Shown here piece after piece: positions 8,751 through 19,388 of a stretch of DNA of 64,000 nucleotides (its first letter is position 1; each line of letters starts with the position of its first letter). The position numbers were made by a program, and so were the translations under genes. The DNA is taken from positions 77,459-141,458 of the forward strand of contig JADZER010000010.1 in the NCBI GenBank assembly GCA_020850415.1, given 5' to 3'. Source of the stretch: Phycisphaerales bacterium. Lineage in GTDB: Bacteria > Planctomycetota > Phycisphaerae > Phycisphaerales > UBA1924. The notes below the pieces were generated by a model. That model worked only from the letters and a program-made list of their open reading frames with translations. It had not been told where the DNA came from and ran no database searches.

Positions 8751-11700
8751 CTACGCGCCGCGGTGTTCCTGCGGCGTGTGGTCGGGCTCCCGTGGTCCCG
8801 GCCGGGCCGTCAGACCCAGATCGGTGAGCAGCACATAGAGACAGGGCAGGACGAGCAGCACGAGCAGCGTGGACGCGAGCAGGCCGAACACGATGCTTAT
8901 GGCGATCGGGATCAGAACCTGGGCCTGCAGGCTTTGCTCGGCCATGAGCGGCAGCAGGCCGGCGATGGTGGTCAGCGAGGTCAGCAGGACAGCGCGGAAG
9001 CGCGCTCGGGTGGCTTGTGCGGCGGAGGCCTCCACATCGGCGTCCCCGGCCGCACGACGCTCCTTGAGGAACATGATCAGGAGAATCGAATCGTTGACGA
9101 CGACCCCGGCGAGCGAGATGAAGCCGAGCATGCTCGGGAGGCTCAGGTCGACGCCCATGAGGAGGTGGCCCCACACGACGCCGATGAGCGAGAACGGGAT
9201 GGCGGACATCACGATCAGCGGCTCGGTGTAGCTCCGGAACTGGAAGCTCAGGATGATGAACATCCCGAGAGCGCCCACGAGCATGGAGAGCATCATCGAG
9301 ACTCGCGTTCGGGCCCCTTCCGCGGCCTCGCCCTCGAAGCCCACACCGACCGAGGGCTTTGAAGTGTGCAACTCCGGGAGCATCTCCTCGCGGAACAGCG
9401 CGAGGATCTCGTTGCTGTTGGCCGTGCGGTCGTCGACATCGCCGCGGAGCGTCACCACCAGGCGGCCGTTGATCCGGGCGAGCCTCGCCCAGCCGCGGGC
9501 GTGCTCGACGGACGCGACCGCGTCGAGGGGCGCCTGGCTGCCGTCCGGCAGGCGCACTGTGGCCTCATCGAAGTCAGAGAGGCTGTCGCGGGCGGAGGCG
9601 GCGAGCATGACATCCACATCCTTGGACTCGGTGCCGACCTGGACCTGTGCCGCGGTATGACCCTGGTACATCGCCCGCAGCTGCTGGGAGATCCCGGCCG
9701 CGTCCAGCTGGAGGCCGAGAGTTCCCGGGCGCAGGGTGAGGCGCAGCTCCGGGCGCCCCGGCCTGAGGTCGTCGGAGAGGTTGGACACCCCGACGAACCG
9801 GGAGAGGTAGGCGCGGGAGGCCTCGGACGCGGCCTTGAGCTCGTCCAGGTCGTCGCCGAAGAAGCGGATCTCGATAGCGCGGCCCGAGGGGCCGAGCGAG
9901 GGCTCCTGGAACGCCAGGCCCAGCGCGTCGGGGATGTCGCCAACCTCTTCCCGCCACGCGGCGATGATGTCGTCGATGCGCGCCGAACGGTCCTCGGCGC
10001 TGAGCAGGTCGACCGTCACCGTGGCGATGTGCGGCCCGTTCTCGTACGCCTCCGCGTTCGCGTTGTACCGTACATACGACAGCGCGACGAGGTCGGCGCC
10101 GCCGGGTTGCGGGGCGAACCTCGTGTTGACGCGATCCAACGCCGCCCGCACGCGGGAGACCACCGACTCCGTGCGGGCGAGCGGCGTGCCCTGGGGCAGG
10201 AGTATCCGGGCTTCCAGCACATCGCCGTCGAGGCTGGGGAACGGCTGAAACTTGACGATGCCCCCGGCGACGAGGCCCAGCGAGACGAGAAACACGGCGA
10301 CCACCGCGCCCGCGCTCAGGTACCGGTGCCGGATCATGGCGGTCACTGGGCGGCCGACGAGCTGCTCCCGCACCCAATCGAGCCCGGAGTCGATCCTGCG
10401 GCGCACCCGCCCCGCCTTGGCCGGGTCGTAGGAGTGCATGCTGTGGGCCAGGTGCGCGGGGAGGATCAGGAGGGCTTCGAGCAGGCTGACGCTCAGCACC
10501 AGGATCAGGATGATCGGCACGACCCTGAGGACCTTGCCGATGTCGCCGGCGATGAACGCGAGCGGGCCCAGCACGCAGACGGTCGTCAGGAAGCTCGCCA
10601 CGACGCCGGGCAGCACCTCCCGGACGCCGTCCGCGGCCGCCTGCAGCGGGGCTTTGCCCCGGGCCCGGTGGGACGCGATGTTCTCGGTCACCACGATCGC
10701 GTCGTCCATCAGGAGGCCCAGGGCCAGCAGCAGGCCGACCATGGTCATCATGTTGATGGTGAGGTCCAGCGGCCCGAGGAAGTACATCGCGCCGAGGAAC
10801 GAGACGGGCAGCCCGGCTGCAACCCACAGCGAGAGCCTGAGCGCGAAGAACAGCCACATCGCCAGGAAGACCAGCACCATCCCCTGCCAGCCGTTGGTCA
10901 GCAGGAGGTTGAGCCGCCCCTCGACGAGGACGGAGATATCCTGCGTGACCTGGAACCGCATCATCGGGTGGCGGGCGCGCTCTTGTTCGAGGAAGTCGCG
11001 GGCGGCCTGCGCGACCCGGATGGTGTCCTCGGCGTCGGTCTTCTCGATGGAGAGCATGGCCGCCCGCACCCCGTCCACCTCGATGCGGTCCTCGGCGTGC
11101 TCGAATGTATCGGTGACCCGCCCGAGGTCGCCGAGTCGCACGACGCCCGCGCCGGGGCGCTCGACGATCACGAGGTCTTCGAGCTCGCGGGGGGTGCGTC
11201 TCTCCTCGGTGAGCCGGACGACGACCTCCCGGTCGCTCGCCTCGATGTCGCCGACGGGCGTGTCCACGCTCTGCAGGCTGATCCGATCGGCGACATCCCG
11301 GACGCTCAGCCCGTGCAGGCGCATCGCCAGGGGGGACAGCTCGACGCGGAGCTGGTGATCGGAGAAGCCCTCGATGGTGACGAGCGACACCTCGTCCAGC
11401 GCCTGCAGGCGGTCCTTGAGCCCATCGCAGAACTCCTTGAGCCCCGGGGCGGTCAGGGGTCCCGAGACCAGCACGGCGAGCACGCGGTCGGTGGTGCCCA
11501 GCTGCGTGATGACCGGCGCCTCCGCCGCGTCGGGGAAGTCGTCGATGGCGCCGACCTCCTGCTCGATATCGCTGCGGAGCGTCTGGATGTCCCCGGCGGG
11601 GATGAGCTCGGCGACAACCACCCCGACACCGTCGCGTGCGTCGGCCCGCACCTCGGCGATGGACTCGACGGAGTCCAGGGCGTCGATGAGGCGCTGACAG

Positions 11701-11882
11701 ACGGTGCGATCGACCTCCTCGGCGGTGGCGCCGGGGTAGACGACGCGGATCTCGATCTCGCTGGGGGCGAACTCGGGGAAGGTCTCACGCCGCAGCCCCG
11801 GCAGCGAAACCAGCCCGATGGCGATCAGCACAAGCATGAGCAGGTTGGAGGCCGTCGGGTGGTTCACGAAGAAGCGCGTCAC
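8751..11882 (-). CDS. RND efflux transporter permease (AcrB/CzcA superfamily)
   Basis: A 1043-aa protein with typical 12-TM RND architecture. N-terminus is MTRFFVNHPTASNLLMLVLIAIGLVSL. The TM4 motif MDDAIVVTENI is present. Its GTG start overlaps the adaptor stop (GTGA at 11879-11882). Confidence 0.93.
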   Translation of the reverse strand: MTRFFVNHPTASNLLMLVLIAIGLVSLPGLRRETFPEFAPSEIEIRVVYPGATAEEVDRTVCQRLIDALDSVESIAEVRADARDGVGVVVAELIPAGDIQTLRSDIEQEVGAIDDFPDAAEAPVITQLGTTDRVLAVLVSGPLTAPGLKEFCDGLKDRLQALDEVSLVTIEGFSDHQLRVELSPLAMRLHGLSVRDVADRISLQSVDTPVGDIEASDREVVVRLTEERRTPRELEDLVIVERPGAGVVRLGDLGRVTDTFEHAEDRIEVDGVRAAMLSIEKTDAEDTIRVAQAARDFLEQERARHPMMRFQVTQDISVLVEGRLNLLLTNGWQGMVLVFLAMWLFFALRLSLWVAAGLPVSFLGAMYFLGPLDLTINMMTMVGLLLALGLLMDDAIVVTENIASHRARGKAPLQAAADGVREVLPGVVASFLTTVCVLGPLAFIAGDIGKVLRVVPIILILVLSVSLLEALLILPAHLAHSMHSYDPAKAGRVRRRIDSGLDWVREQLVGRPVTAMIRHRYLSAGAVVAVFLVSLGLVAGGIVKFQPFPSLDGDVLEARILLPQGTPLARTESVVSRVRAALDRVNTRFAPQPGGADLVALSYVRYNANAEAYENGPHIATVTVDLLSAEDRSARIDDIIAAWREEVGDIPDALGLAFQEPSLGPSGRAIEIRFFGDDLDELKAASEASRAYLSRFVGVSNLSDDLRPGRPELRLTLRPGTLGLQLDAAGISQQLRAMYQGHTAAQVQVGTESKDVDVMLAASARDSLSDFDEATVRLPDGSQAPLDAVASVEHARGWARLARINGRLVVTLRGDVDDRTANSNEILALFREEMLPELHTSKPSVGVGFEGEAAEGARTRVSMMLSMLVGALGMFIILSFQFRSYTEPLIVMSAIPFSLIGVVWGHLLMGVDLSLPSMLGFISLAGVVVNDSILLIMFLKERRAAGDADVEASAAQATRARFRAVLLTSLTTIAGLLPLMAEQSLQAQVLIPIAISIVFGLLASTLLVLLVLPCLYVLLTDLGLTARPGPREPDHTPQEHRGA

Positions 11883-13267
11883 GGCCGGGCCCCCAGGGCA
11901 TCCGACGCCAGATCGGCGACGAGTTGCTCGTCGACCGTGCTGTCCACGAGGGCGCCCAGCGGCACGCCCACGGGGTCGGACACGATCACCAGGTCGCCCG
12001 CGGCGAGCCCCTCCTCGATGGTCGCGAACCCGGAGAGCGCGAGCCCGACGGTCACCGCGCGGCGGGTCAGGCGCCCGTCCGGGCCGACCACGCCGACTGT
12101 CCCTTCGGTGATCGCTGATCGCGGCACGATGAGGCGTCCCGGCAGCGGGGCGCCGCGCAGCTCCACCTCGCAGAACGCCCCCTCCAGGAGCGGCGGGCGC
12201 TCGCCGGGGATGAACTGCTCGTACGGGCGGTCGACCGCGACGAGCACGCCGGCGGTGCGGGTCTGGGGATCGATGGTCTCGCGGACCCGGTCAAACGACG
12301 CGTCCCAGCGGGCGGTCATGCCGCCCACCTCGAGCCGGACCTGGGCGGTCAGGTTCAGAGCCGCCCGGAGCTGGGAGAGATCGATCGTCTCGATGTCGAC
12401 GCCGTCGAACTGGCCTTCCTTGATGAGCGAGCGGAGCCCGCCCACGCGGACCTGCGCCTCCACTTCCGCCCGGTCCATCCCCGAAGCGTCGAACAACGGC
12501 TCGTAGCGTTGGAGAAACTGGCCCTGCTGCAGGCCGACCTCGCCGACTCGGCACGCGAAGGGCGATCGGACGACCGTCTTGCTGAGGTCCAGCTCGGCGA
12601 CGGCGAGCTGGGCCTGGCGTTCGGCGCGGCGCGCCTCGGCGGTACGACGCTGCGTCGGCAGCAGGGCGATCGAGTTCACCAGGTCCTGCACCCTGCGGCG
12701 CTGCTCGAGCACGAGGCGCTCGTGGTCGTTGATCTCGGTGACGGTCGCCGCGCTCTCGTCGAACGCCGACCGCACGCGGTCCAGATCGGCCATCACGATG
12801 GCGAGGGACGCCCGCTCGATCTCGAGGGACGCGCTCAGGTTGTCCTCGCTCGCCTTCAGTTCGGCGAGCTCGGCCTCGGTCTGGCCGATCTCGCTCTTGA
12901 GCTTGGCGACGGCCAGCTCGTACTCGGAGGGGTCGATCCGCAGCAGCTCCACGCCCTCCGGCAGGAGGGCGCCGGAGCGAAGGTCCGGGTGGATGGCGAC
13001 GACGCGTCCTGATACTTCCGCCACGGCGCGCCAGACGCGGGCCGGGCGCGCGGTGCCGTAGCCGATGGCCCGGGGCACGACGATCACCGGCTCCACCCGG
13101 ATAACGCGGAGCTTGTACACCGCCTCCGCGGCTTCGGTCCGGCGCGGCTCGGCTCGACGCGCGACAAGGACCGCGACCACACCAACACCGATCACGATCG
13201 GGAGCGCTGCGACCCAGCGACGGACCTTGCGGCGATGCGGCATGTTCTCATTCCTGCGAGCCCGCAA
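11879..13267 (-). CDS. RND efflux periplasmic adaptor (MFP/HlyD family)
   Basis: N-terminal TM anchor, a coiled-coil hairpin region (ELAVAKLKSEIGQTEAELAELKASEDNL...), and a beta-barrel tail. Translationally coupled to the RND pump. An alternative start lies at 13243. Confidence 0.85.
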   Translation of the reverse strand: MRARRNENMPHRRKVRRWVAALPIVIGVGVVAVLVARRAEPRRTEAAEAVYKLRVIRVEPVIVVPRAIGYGTARPARVWRAVAEVSGRVVAIHPDLRSGALLPEGVELLRIDPSEYELAVAKLKSEIGQTEAELAELKASEDNLSASLEIERASLAIVMADLDRVRSAFDESAATVTEINDHERLVLEQRRRVQDLVNSIALLPTQRRTAEARRAERQAQLAVAELDLSKTVVRSPFACRVGEVGLQQGQFLQRYEPLFDASGMDRAEVEAQVRVGGLRSLIKEGQFDGVDIETIDLSQLRAALNLTAQVRLEVGGMTARWDASFDRVRETIDPQTRTAGVLVAVDRPYEQFIPGERPPLLEGAFCEVELRGAPLPGRLIVPRSAITEGTVGVVGPDGRLTRRAVTVGLALSGFATIEEGLAAGDLVIVSDPVGVPLGALVDSTVDEQLVADLASDALGARP

Positions 13268-13439
13268 CCCGGGCCCGGTGCGTTCAGCCCGCCACCCGCG
13301 AGGTGGCGGCGGCAGTATACCGGCGGCCCCGTATTACATCCAAAACGGATAACTATGGATGCAATCCGTGCGCCCGCGGGCCACGCGGGAGCGGCGGGCC
13401 TGTCCACGCTCCGGGCGCACCGGGTGCTAAGGTATTCCC

Positions 13440-14888
13440 ATGAACCGATCCGCGCCGACGGCGCAGGGCAGTGCCGCATCCCGGTCGCGTGCGTTCCGTG
13501 AGGCGTGGCTGCGGAGCGAGCGGCACAGAGCGTTCGCGGTCATCCTGGTTGTCGGTGTGGTGGTGCTGCCCATCCTGGGGCTGGACCTTTCGCTGACGAT
13601 TGAGCCCTCGCTCAAGATCGTGGGGGCGTTGGCCGGCCTTGCGCTGCTGGCGATCCAGCTGACCTCGCTCGTGTTCATCCAGCGAGCATGGCGGGAGGGG
13701 GGCGCCATCCCCAGGTGGTTCGAGTTGCTCGGCGTTGCGGCGGAGTGCTCGGTGCCGACCGGCGCCGTGTTCGCGCACATCGAGATCGGGGCTGTCGCAC
13801 CGTACACGGCGCTCACCGCCCCGCCGCTGCTCGCCTACGGGATCCTCATCGGCCTGACGACGCTGCGCCTGCGGCCCGGCCTGTGCGTCTGGGCGGGGGC
13901 GGTGGCGGCGGCCGGCTACGCGGCGGCGCTCGGCTATGTCGCGTTGGGCCTGGGGCTCGCACCGCCGGAGGAGGGCTGGCCCCGACCGGGGTACTTCATG
14001 GCGGCGGTCTTGATCTTCACGAGCGGGATCGCCGCCGCATGGGTGGCGAGGGAGATCCGGACGCATGTCGAAGCCGCGCTCGATGAGGCCGACGCCCGGC
14101 GACGCATGGAACGGATCGAGCAGGACCTCTCGGTCGCCAGGACGATCCAGCAGGCGCTGCTCCCCCACGCGGCGCCCGACATCCCCGGGTTCGACATCGC
14201 GGGCTGGAACCGGCCCGCCGATCAGACCGGCGGCGACTACTACGACTGGCAGCCCCTGCCCGACGGGAACTGGATGATCACGCTCGCCGATGTCTCCGGC
14301 CACGGCATCGGGCCCGCGCTGGTCACGGCGGCCTGCCGGGCGTACATGCGGGCGGCGAGCACCCAATACCCCGACCTCGTCTCCCTCGCGCAGCGTGTGA
14401 ACCGGTTGCTCGCCGAGGACCTCCCCGACGGGCGGTTCATCACCATGGTCAATCTGCTCATCGACCCCGCGGGCGGCCCGCTGGCGATCCTCTCCGCCGG
14501 GCACGGCCCGACCGTGCTGTACCTGAGCGAATCGGGCGAGATGAGGACGATTCCCGCCCACGGCCTCCCCCTTGCCGTCGTCCCCGATCTCGACATCGGC
14601 CCGGCTCAGGGGCTCACCATGGCGTACGGCGATGTCCTCGTGCTGACCACCGACGGCATCATCGAATGGGCGCGTCCCGGCGAGAACGACCGGCAGGAGG
14701 CCTTCGGGCTCAAGCGCCTGCAGGACTCCCTCGCCCGTCATGCCCACCTGCCGTCGGCCGCGATCGTCGAGGCGGTGGTCCGAGACGCGGCAGCGTTCGC
14801 CGGCGCCACGCCGCAGCAGGATGATGTGACGCTTGTCGTGATCCGGCGCGGTGAGGGGGCGCGTGGCGAACCCGCTGTCCGCGGCTGA
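13440..14888 (+). CDS. Membrane-bound SpoIIE/RsbU-type PP2C serine phosphatase
   Basis: The N-terminal ~200 aa are multi-TM. The C-terminal half carries PP2C/SpoIIE motifs (QTGGDYYDW, LADVSGHGIGPAL, TTDGIIE, DDVTLVVI). Confidence 0.85.
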   Translation: MNRSAPTAQGSAASRSRAFREAWLRSERHRAFAVILVVGVVVLPILGLDLSLTIEPSLKIVGALAGLALLAIQLTSLVFIQRAWREGGAIPRWFELLGVAAECSVPTGAVFAHIEIGAVAPYTALTAPPLLAYGILIGLTTLRLRPGLCVWAGAVAAAGYAAALGYVALGLGLAPPEEGWPRPGYFMAAVLIFTSGIAAAWVAREIRTHVEAALDEADARRRMERIEQDLSVARTIQQALLPHAAPDIPGFDIAGWNRPADQTGGDYYDWQPLPDGNWMITLADVSGHGIGPALVTAACRAYMRAASTQYPDLVSLAQRVNRLLAEDLPDGRFITMVNLLIDPAGGPLAILSAGHGPTVLYLSESGEMRTIPAHGLPLAVVPDLDIGPAQGLTMAYGDVLVLTTDGIIEWARPGENDRQEAFGLKRLQDSLARHAHLPSAAIVEAVVRDAAAFAGATPQQDDVTLVVIRRGEGARGEPAVRG

Positions 14889-15297
14889 CGAGTCAGGGCC
14901 CTCGGTGCCCTGAGGTCGGCACAGGCCAGGACTCCGACCGGGCGCGGGGCGACGACGCGGGCGGATCATCCGGTCCGATCGGTCGGGGACGGGCCCTCCT
15001 TGGGTGCGCGGCGACCGGCATGGCGGCGTGACGGAGGCGGTGGGGATGCGTCCGATGTGGGCAAAGCGGATCGCGGGTAGAGTCTCGCGCCCCCGGGATG
15101 GGGCCCGGGTTCGTTTCGGGGCACTACATTCCGATGCAACGCGCAGACCCTGTTCCACGATTCCTCAAGGGAATCCCTTTGCCAGCGGCGAAGCACCCCG
15201 ACAGGCCGTCGATCACGCGAGCCGACTGCGCCGCGATCGGGGCGGGCCCCGGGTGTAGGCCGATGCCCGGTTATGATCTGGGGGCGCGACCAGGGAT

Positions 15298-16173
15298 GTG
15301 CCAACGATGTGTGAGTGCGTGCTCGTCTCGGATCTTCACGGCCACACCGATCGCTACACGAAGCTGTTCGGCCTCATCGAGGACGATCACCCCGCGGCGG
15401 TGTTCCTGGGCGGCGATCTGCTCCCGTCCGGCCTGTGCCATCGGGGTTCGGCCACCGGTGGGTCGGGGGAGGACTTCCTCGAGGGCGTGATCGCCCGGGG
15501 CTTCGCGAGGCTGCGAGATGCCCTGGGCGCCCGTTACCCGCGCGTGTTCGTGATTCTCGGGAATGACGACCCGAGGATCGAGGAGGCGGCGTTCCGGGAT
15601 CTCGCAGCACGGGGGCTCTGGACCTACGCGCACGGGCGTCGGGCGTCGTTCGGGGACTTCGATGTGTACGGGTACGCCTGTATCCCGCCCTCGCCCTTCC
15701 GGCTCAAGGACTGGGAGCGGTACGATGTGTCCCGCTATGTCGATCCCGGGTGCGTGCCCCCGGCGGAGGGGGTGCTGACGGTCCCGGTGCGAGAGCACGA
15801 GCTCGAGTACGGGACCATCCAGGCGGACCTGGATCGCATGACCGAGGGGTGCGATCTTGGGCGGGGCATACTCCTCCTGCACTGCCCGCCGTACCAGACG
15901 AAGCTCGACCGCGCCGCGCTCGATGGCCAGTCTGTCGACCACGCCCCGCTCGATATCCACATAGGGAGCATCGCGATCCGCCGCCTGATCGAGTCTCGCC
16001 AGCCGCTGCTGACGCTGCACGGCCATGTCCACGAGTCTGCGCGGCTCACCGGGTGCTGGAGGGACCGGATCGGCAGCACCCACCTCTTCAGCGCCGCGCA
16101 CGACGGCCCCGAGCTCGCGGTGGTCCGGTTCGATCCTGCGAATCCCGCGAACGCGGCACGCGAGCTGCTCTAG
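15298..16173 (+). CDS. Metallophosphoesterase (calcineurin-like)
   Basis: The N-terminal VLVSDLHGH motif, GGDLLP, ILGNDD and GHVHE motifs are typical of the family. The start is GTG at 15298 or ATG at 15307. Confidence 0.75.
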   Translation: MPTMCECVLVSDLHGHTDRYTKLFGLIEDDHPAAVFLGGDLLPSGLCHRGSATGGSGEDFLEGVIARGFARLRDALGARYPRVFVILGNDDPRIEEAAFRDLAARGLWTYAHGRRASFGDFDVYGYACIPPSPFRLKDWERYDVSRYVDPGCVPPAEGVLTVPVREHELEYGTIQADLDRMTEGCDLGRGILLLHCPPYQTKLDRAALDGQSVDHAPLDIHIGSIAIRRLIESRQPLLTLHGHVHESARLTGCWRDRIGSTHLFSAAHDGPELAVVRFDPANPANAARELL

Positions 16174-19100
16174 GCGGGCCCGGGCCGTGCGGGGGGGTCA
16201 AGGGCGCTGTTGCGGCCGAGTGTCAGCCGGCGGGCGGCGTCGGTCACCGCCCCGATTTTCGCCGCGAAGCTCGTCTTGTTCGCGATGTCTTCGTCGGTCA
16301 CATAGTGCGGATCGAGGAGGCCTTCCGTCTCGTACCCGGTCCGGAGGTAGTTGATCTCCGCCAGTGCGAGGCTCACGCCGTCCAGCCACAGGCGCAGGCG
16401 GGACCGTTGCTCGGCGTCGCCAGCGTCGTGGACGAGAAGGTCGATATCGCTCCCCGGGCCCGCGGTCGCGTTCTTGACACTGCCGATGAGGTAGAGCTGC
16501 TTGATCCCGAAGGCGGGGGCGTCGATCCTGGCCGCGATCCGCTCGGCCATCTGCAGGCGCCATCGCCAGTGTTCCTCCTGCGATCCGGTCTCGATCCACG
16601 CCGCCTCCTGCACGGATGTCTCGTCCCGTTCGGGCCGGGCCAGGAAGCCGACGGCCTCTTCGAGGTCGGCGTTCATGAGCACGCGGAGGATGTTGCCCCC
16701 GGTCTCGGCCTGCACATCGATGACCCGCACCGTGGCGCCGAGATCCTGGTGCTCGGGGACCAGGCTCGGCAGGATGTTCCTTGAGCTCTTGAGGAAGGTC
16801 TCGTTGAGCATCCCCGGGGGCTCGTCGGGGTACAGCGGGAGGTAGCGGATGCCGGCCTCGACCATATCCTGGAAGAAATGGGTGCCGAAGGAGAGCTCGG
16901 GCACATAGGAGCCGGAGGCGCGGGCGATCTCGAGCAGCATCGCCGCGTTGCTGATGTCCGAGTAGGTGACGCTGACCCCGAGCTTGATGTCGCCCCGGCT
17001 GCCCCATCGGCCGGGGCCGAGGAGGATGAACTGGCGTTTGGGCAGCAGGCTGTTGAGGCGTCCGACGGCGTGGGCGACATCCTTGAGCTCGCGGTAGCTG
17101 CCGAGGTTGGCGTACGCCTCCGGGTCCACATAGACGATGTGCGTGATGTTGGGCACCCGCCCGTTGGAGATGTGGCGCGAGGCGGAGAAGAGCAGGCGGT
17201 TGTGGGGGATATCCCGGGGGATCGCCGCGGGTGCGTACTCGGTCGACCGGCTCTGTGCGCGGCACTGCACGAGGTAGAGGTGCTCGCCGTCGTGGGCGAA
17301 CTCGATATCGACATCGGTGCCGAGCCCCTCCCGGAGGACGCCGAGCATCTCTCGCATCTGCTTCATGAAGGGCGTCTGCGACAGGACGCCCTCGAAGGTG
17401 ATGACGAAGTCGTCGGTCTCCCAGTTGGGTCCCAACGCCGAGGGCAGGCTGACATGGTCCGGCTGGACGATCGAGATCAGCCTCCGCGCCCCCGGGTAAT
17501 CGTCGCCGCACCCGCGGAGCAGCGTCGCGGCCTCCACCGTCGAGAACGCGCGGCGCTCCAGGTCGATCACATCGACCTTGCGCGGGGCGTAGCGGACGAT
17601 GTCTCGGGCCGAGGTGCTGACCCTCAGCGTGGGCTGGCCGGGGCTCACGAGCACGGGGTAGTCGTCCCCCGTCCGGTCCACCGCCCGGGTGCCCAGGCCG
17701 GGCACCATGCGGATGAGCCCGTCCTCCCGCTTGATGCGGGGCGACCAGCGGAACTCGTTGCTGCTGAACGCCACGCCGGCGAACGACGGGAAGAAGTAGT
17801 CGCCGGCGCGCCGGCCGACCACCTCCTGGATGAGAATGCCCATCTCCTCGCTGAAGTGGAGCAGCCCGCGCTCGATCCGGTACTCGATCGGGTCGGGGCC
17901 GAAGACCGAGGCGTAGATCTCGGCGATCGCGTCCTCGAGGGCGGCGAGGCGCTCGGCCTTGGTCCCCTGGTTGGCGAGGAACAGGCTCTTGTACTTGCCC
18001 GCGAAGGAGGCGCCGGAGCGGTCCTCCAGCAGGCTGGAGCTTCGGACGATGATGGGCCCGGGGGGCAGATCGTCGAGCGCCGCGGACAGCCCCTTGCGCA
18101 TCTCCGGTGGGAACTGCGAGTTCTTGAACACCTGGATGATGTGGGGGTACTCCTGGCGGACGCGCTCGATCTCCATGTACTTGTGGTTGTAGACCTCCTC
18201 GAGGTTGTTGTAATGGATGAACGCGAGCAGCCCGTCGGAGGCGACATACCAGGTCTTGGGCACGCGCAGATCGGCCAGCAGCCCGGAACTCCCCGCGTTG
18301 TCGCGGAGGATCCTGTGCGCCAGGACGAGCCCGGCGCCCTTCCCGCCGATCTTGCCGTGGCTGGCGGTGGGGTGGACGAGCCGGTCGACCACCTCGTACA
18401 GGTCGCTGATGGCGATGTGGTCCTTGGCGATGTTGATGAACTCGGGCTGATCGACGAAGTATCGGCGGACCAGCGCGACCCGGAGCGTGGTCTGCATCGC
18501 CGCGGGGAGGTCGCCCTCCACGACCCCGGAAGACCGGAAGCGCTTGAGCGCCTCGGCCGTCTCGGCGAGCCCCGAGTCGGGGTTCTCGAGCGTCTGGATC
18601 AGAAAGAGGCTCTTCTCTTCGTTCAGCCAGGTCTGGATGCAGGCGATGATCTCCGTGTCGTTGAGGTGCTCGGCCGCGAGCGCGAAGGTGCGACGGGTCA
18701 GCTCGTCCTCCGAGGAGAACCTCCTGCGCTGGGCGGGCCGGTTCTCATCCCCGTTCTCCGGTCCCTGCGACATCGGCACATGCCCGAGCAGATCGGAGGC
18801 CGACGGCACCCCCGACCAGCAGAGGTGGTTGGCCATCCGCCGGTTGATCCGGCCGAGCAGCTCGCGGTCCGTTCGCCTGAGGAAGTCGATCAGCACCTCC
18901 CAGGAGTGCGGGGGCGTGTCCCCGGCGCCGGGCGCTCCGCCGAGATGGGGCCCGGTGGTCAGAATCCGGGCCCTGAGAATCGCGTGCCCGATCCTCTGGG
19001 CGACCGCATCGATCAGGCGGCGCTCCTCCTTGAGGAACGGTCCCTCGTCCGACTCCGGGCAGGGCTCGGTGTACGCGACGGCGACCGTGCCGACGGGCTC

Positions 19101-19373
19101 GTTCTCGACCTCGACCGGCGAGCTCATGGTGGCGACGGCGCGGTTGAAGCGGTCCGTCGAGTAGCGGTCGAGACCGACGGTGAGCCGCGCCTCGCAGATC
19201 CCGGGGAACTGCCAGCCCGGCGGGATGGCCCGCACGACCTGCTCGAACACATCGGCGTCGAGCGCGCCCGCGTTCCCGACGAGCTCGTCGATCCGGTAGA
19301 GACAGGCCAGCTCCTTTGCGCGCTCCTTGAGCGAAGCGAGAATCGAGTCGAGCGGCTGGTCGGGGTTGCCCAT
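16170..19373 (-). CDS. Multidomain protein: GAF-like sensor + PEP/pyruvate-binding (PPDK_N/ATP-grasp) domain + C-terminal Pol-beta-type nucleotidyltransferase
   Basis: The N-terminus KERAKELACLYRIDEL... resembles a GAF-like sensor module. The centre has GGKGAGLVLAHRIL and RSSSLLEDRSGASFAGKYKS (PPDK N-terminal domain). The C-terminus has LYLIGSVKNATAGPGSDIDLLVH (NTase). I saw no phosphohistidine swivel motif (GG.TSH). Confidence 0.8.
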   Translation of the reverse strand: MGNPDQPLDSILASLKERAKELACLYRIDELVGNAGALDADVFEQVVRAIPPGWQFPGICEARLTVGLDRYSTDRFNRAVATMSSPVEVENEPVGTVAVAYTEPCPESDEGPFLKEERRLIDAVAQRIGHAILRARILTTGPHLGGAPGAGDTPPHSWEVLIDFLRRTDRELLGRINRRMANHLCWSGVPSASDLLGHVPMSQGPENGDENRPAQRRRFSSEDELTRRTFALAAEHLNDTEIIACIQTWLNEEKSLFLIQTLENPDSGLAETAEALKRFRSSGVVEGDLPAAMQTTLRVALVRRYFVDQPEFINIAKDHIAISDLYEVVDRLVHPTASHGKIGGKGAGLVLAHRILRDNAGSSGLLADLRVPKTWYVASDGLLAFIHYNNLEEVYNHKYMEIERVRQEYPHIIQVFKNSQFPPEMRKGLSAALDDLPPGPIIVRSSSLLEDRSGASFAGKYKSLFLANQGTKAERLAALEDAIAEIYASVFGPDPIEYRIERGLLHFSEEMGILIQEVVGRRAGDYFFPSFAGVAFSSNEFRWSPRIKREDGLIRMVPGLGTRAVDRTGDDYPVLVSPGQPTLRVSTSARDIVRYAPRKVDVIDLERRAFSTVEAATLLRGCGDDYPGARRLISIVQPDHVSLPSALGPNWETDDFVITFEGVLSQTPFMKQMREMLGVLREGLGTDVDIEFAHDGEHLYLVQCRAQSRSTEYAPAAIPRDIPHNRLLFSASRHISNGRVPNITHIVYVDPEAYANLGSYRELKDVAHAVGRLNSLLPKRQFILLGPGRWGSRGDIKLGVSVTYSDISNAAMLLEIARASGSYVPELSFGTHFFQDMVEAGIRYLPLYPDEPPGMLNETFLKSSRNILPSLVPEHQDLGATVRVIDVQAETGGNILRVLMNADLEEAVGFLARPERDETSVQEAAWIETGSQEEHWRWRLQMAERIAARIDAPAFGIKQLYLIGSVKNATAGPGSDIDLLVHDAGDAEQRSRLRLWLDGVSLALAEINYLRTGYETEGLLDPHYVTDEDIANKTSFAAKIGAVTDAARRLTLGRNSALDPPARPGPA

Positions 19374-19388
19374 GCTTGCGTCCCTGCG

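Noticed and set aside
8751-13267. The RND pair lacking an outer-membrane factor gene, considered as an unusual system
   Set aside because: OMF genes are frequently unlinked, and the cell-envelope type of this lineage is atypical. This is not informative on its own.
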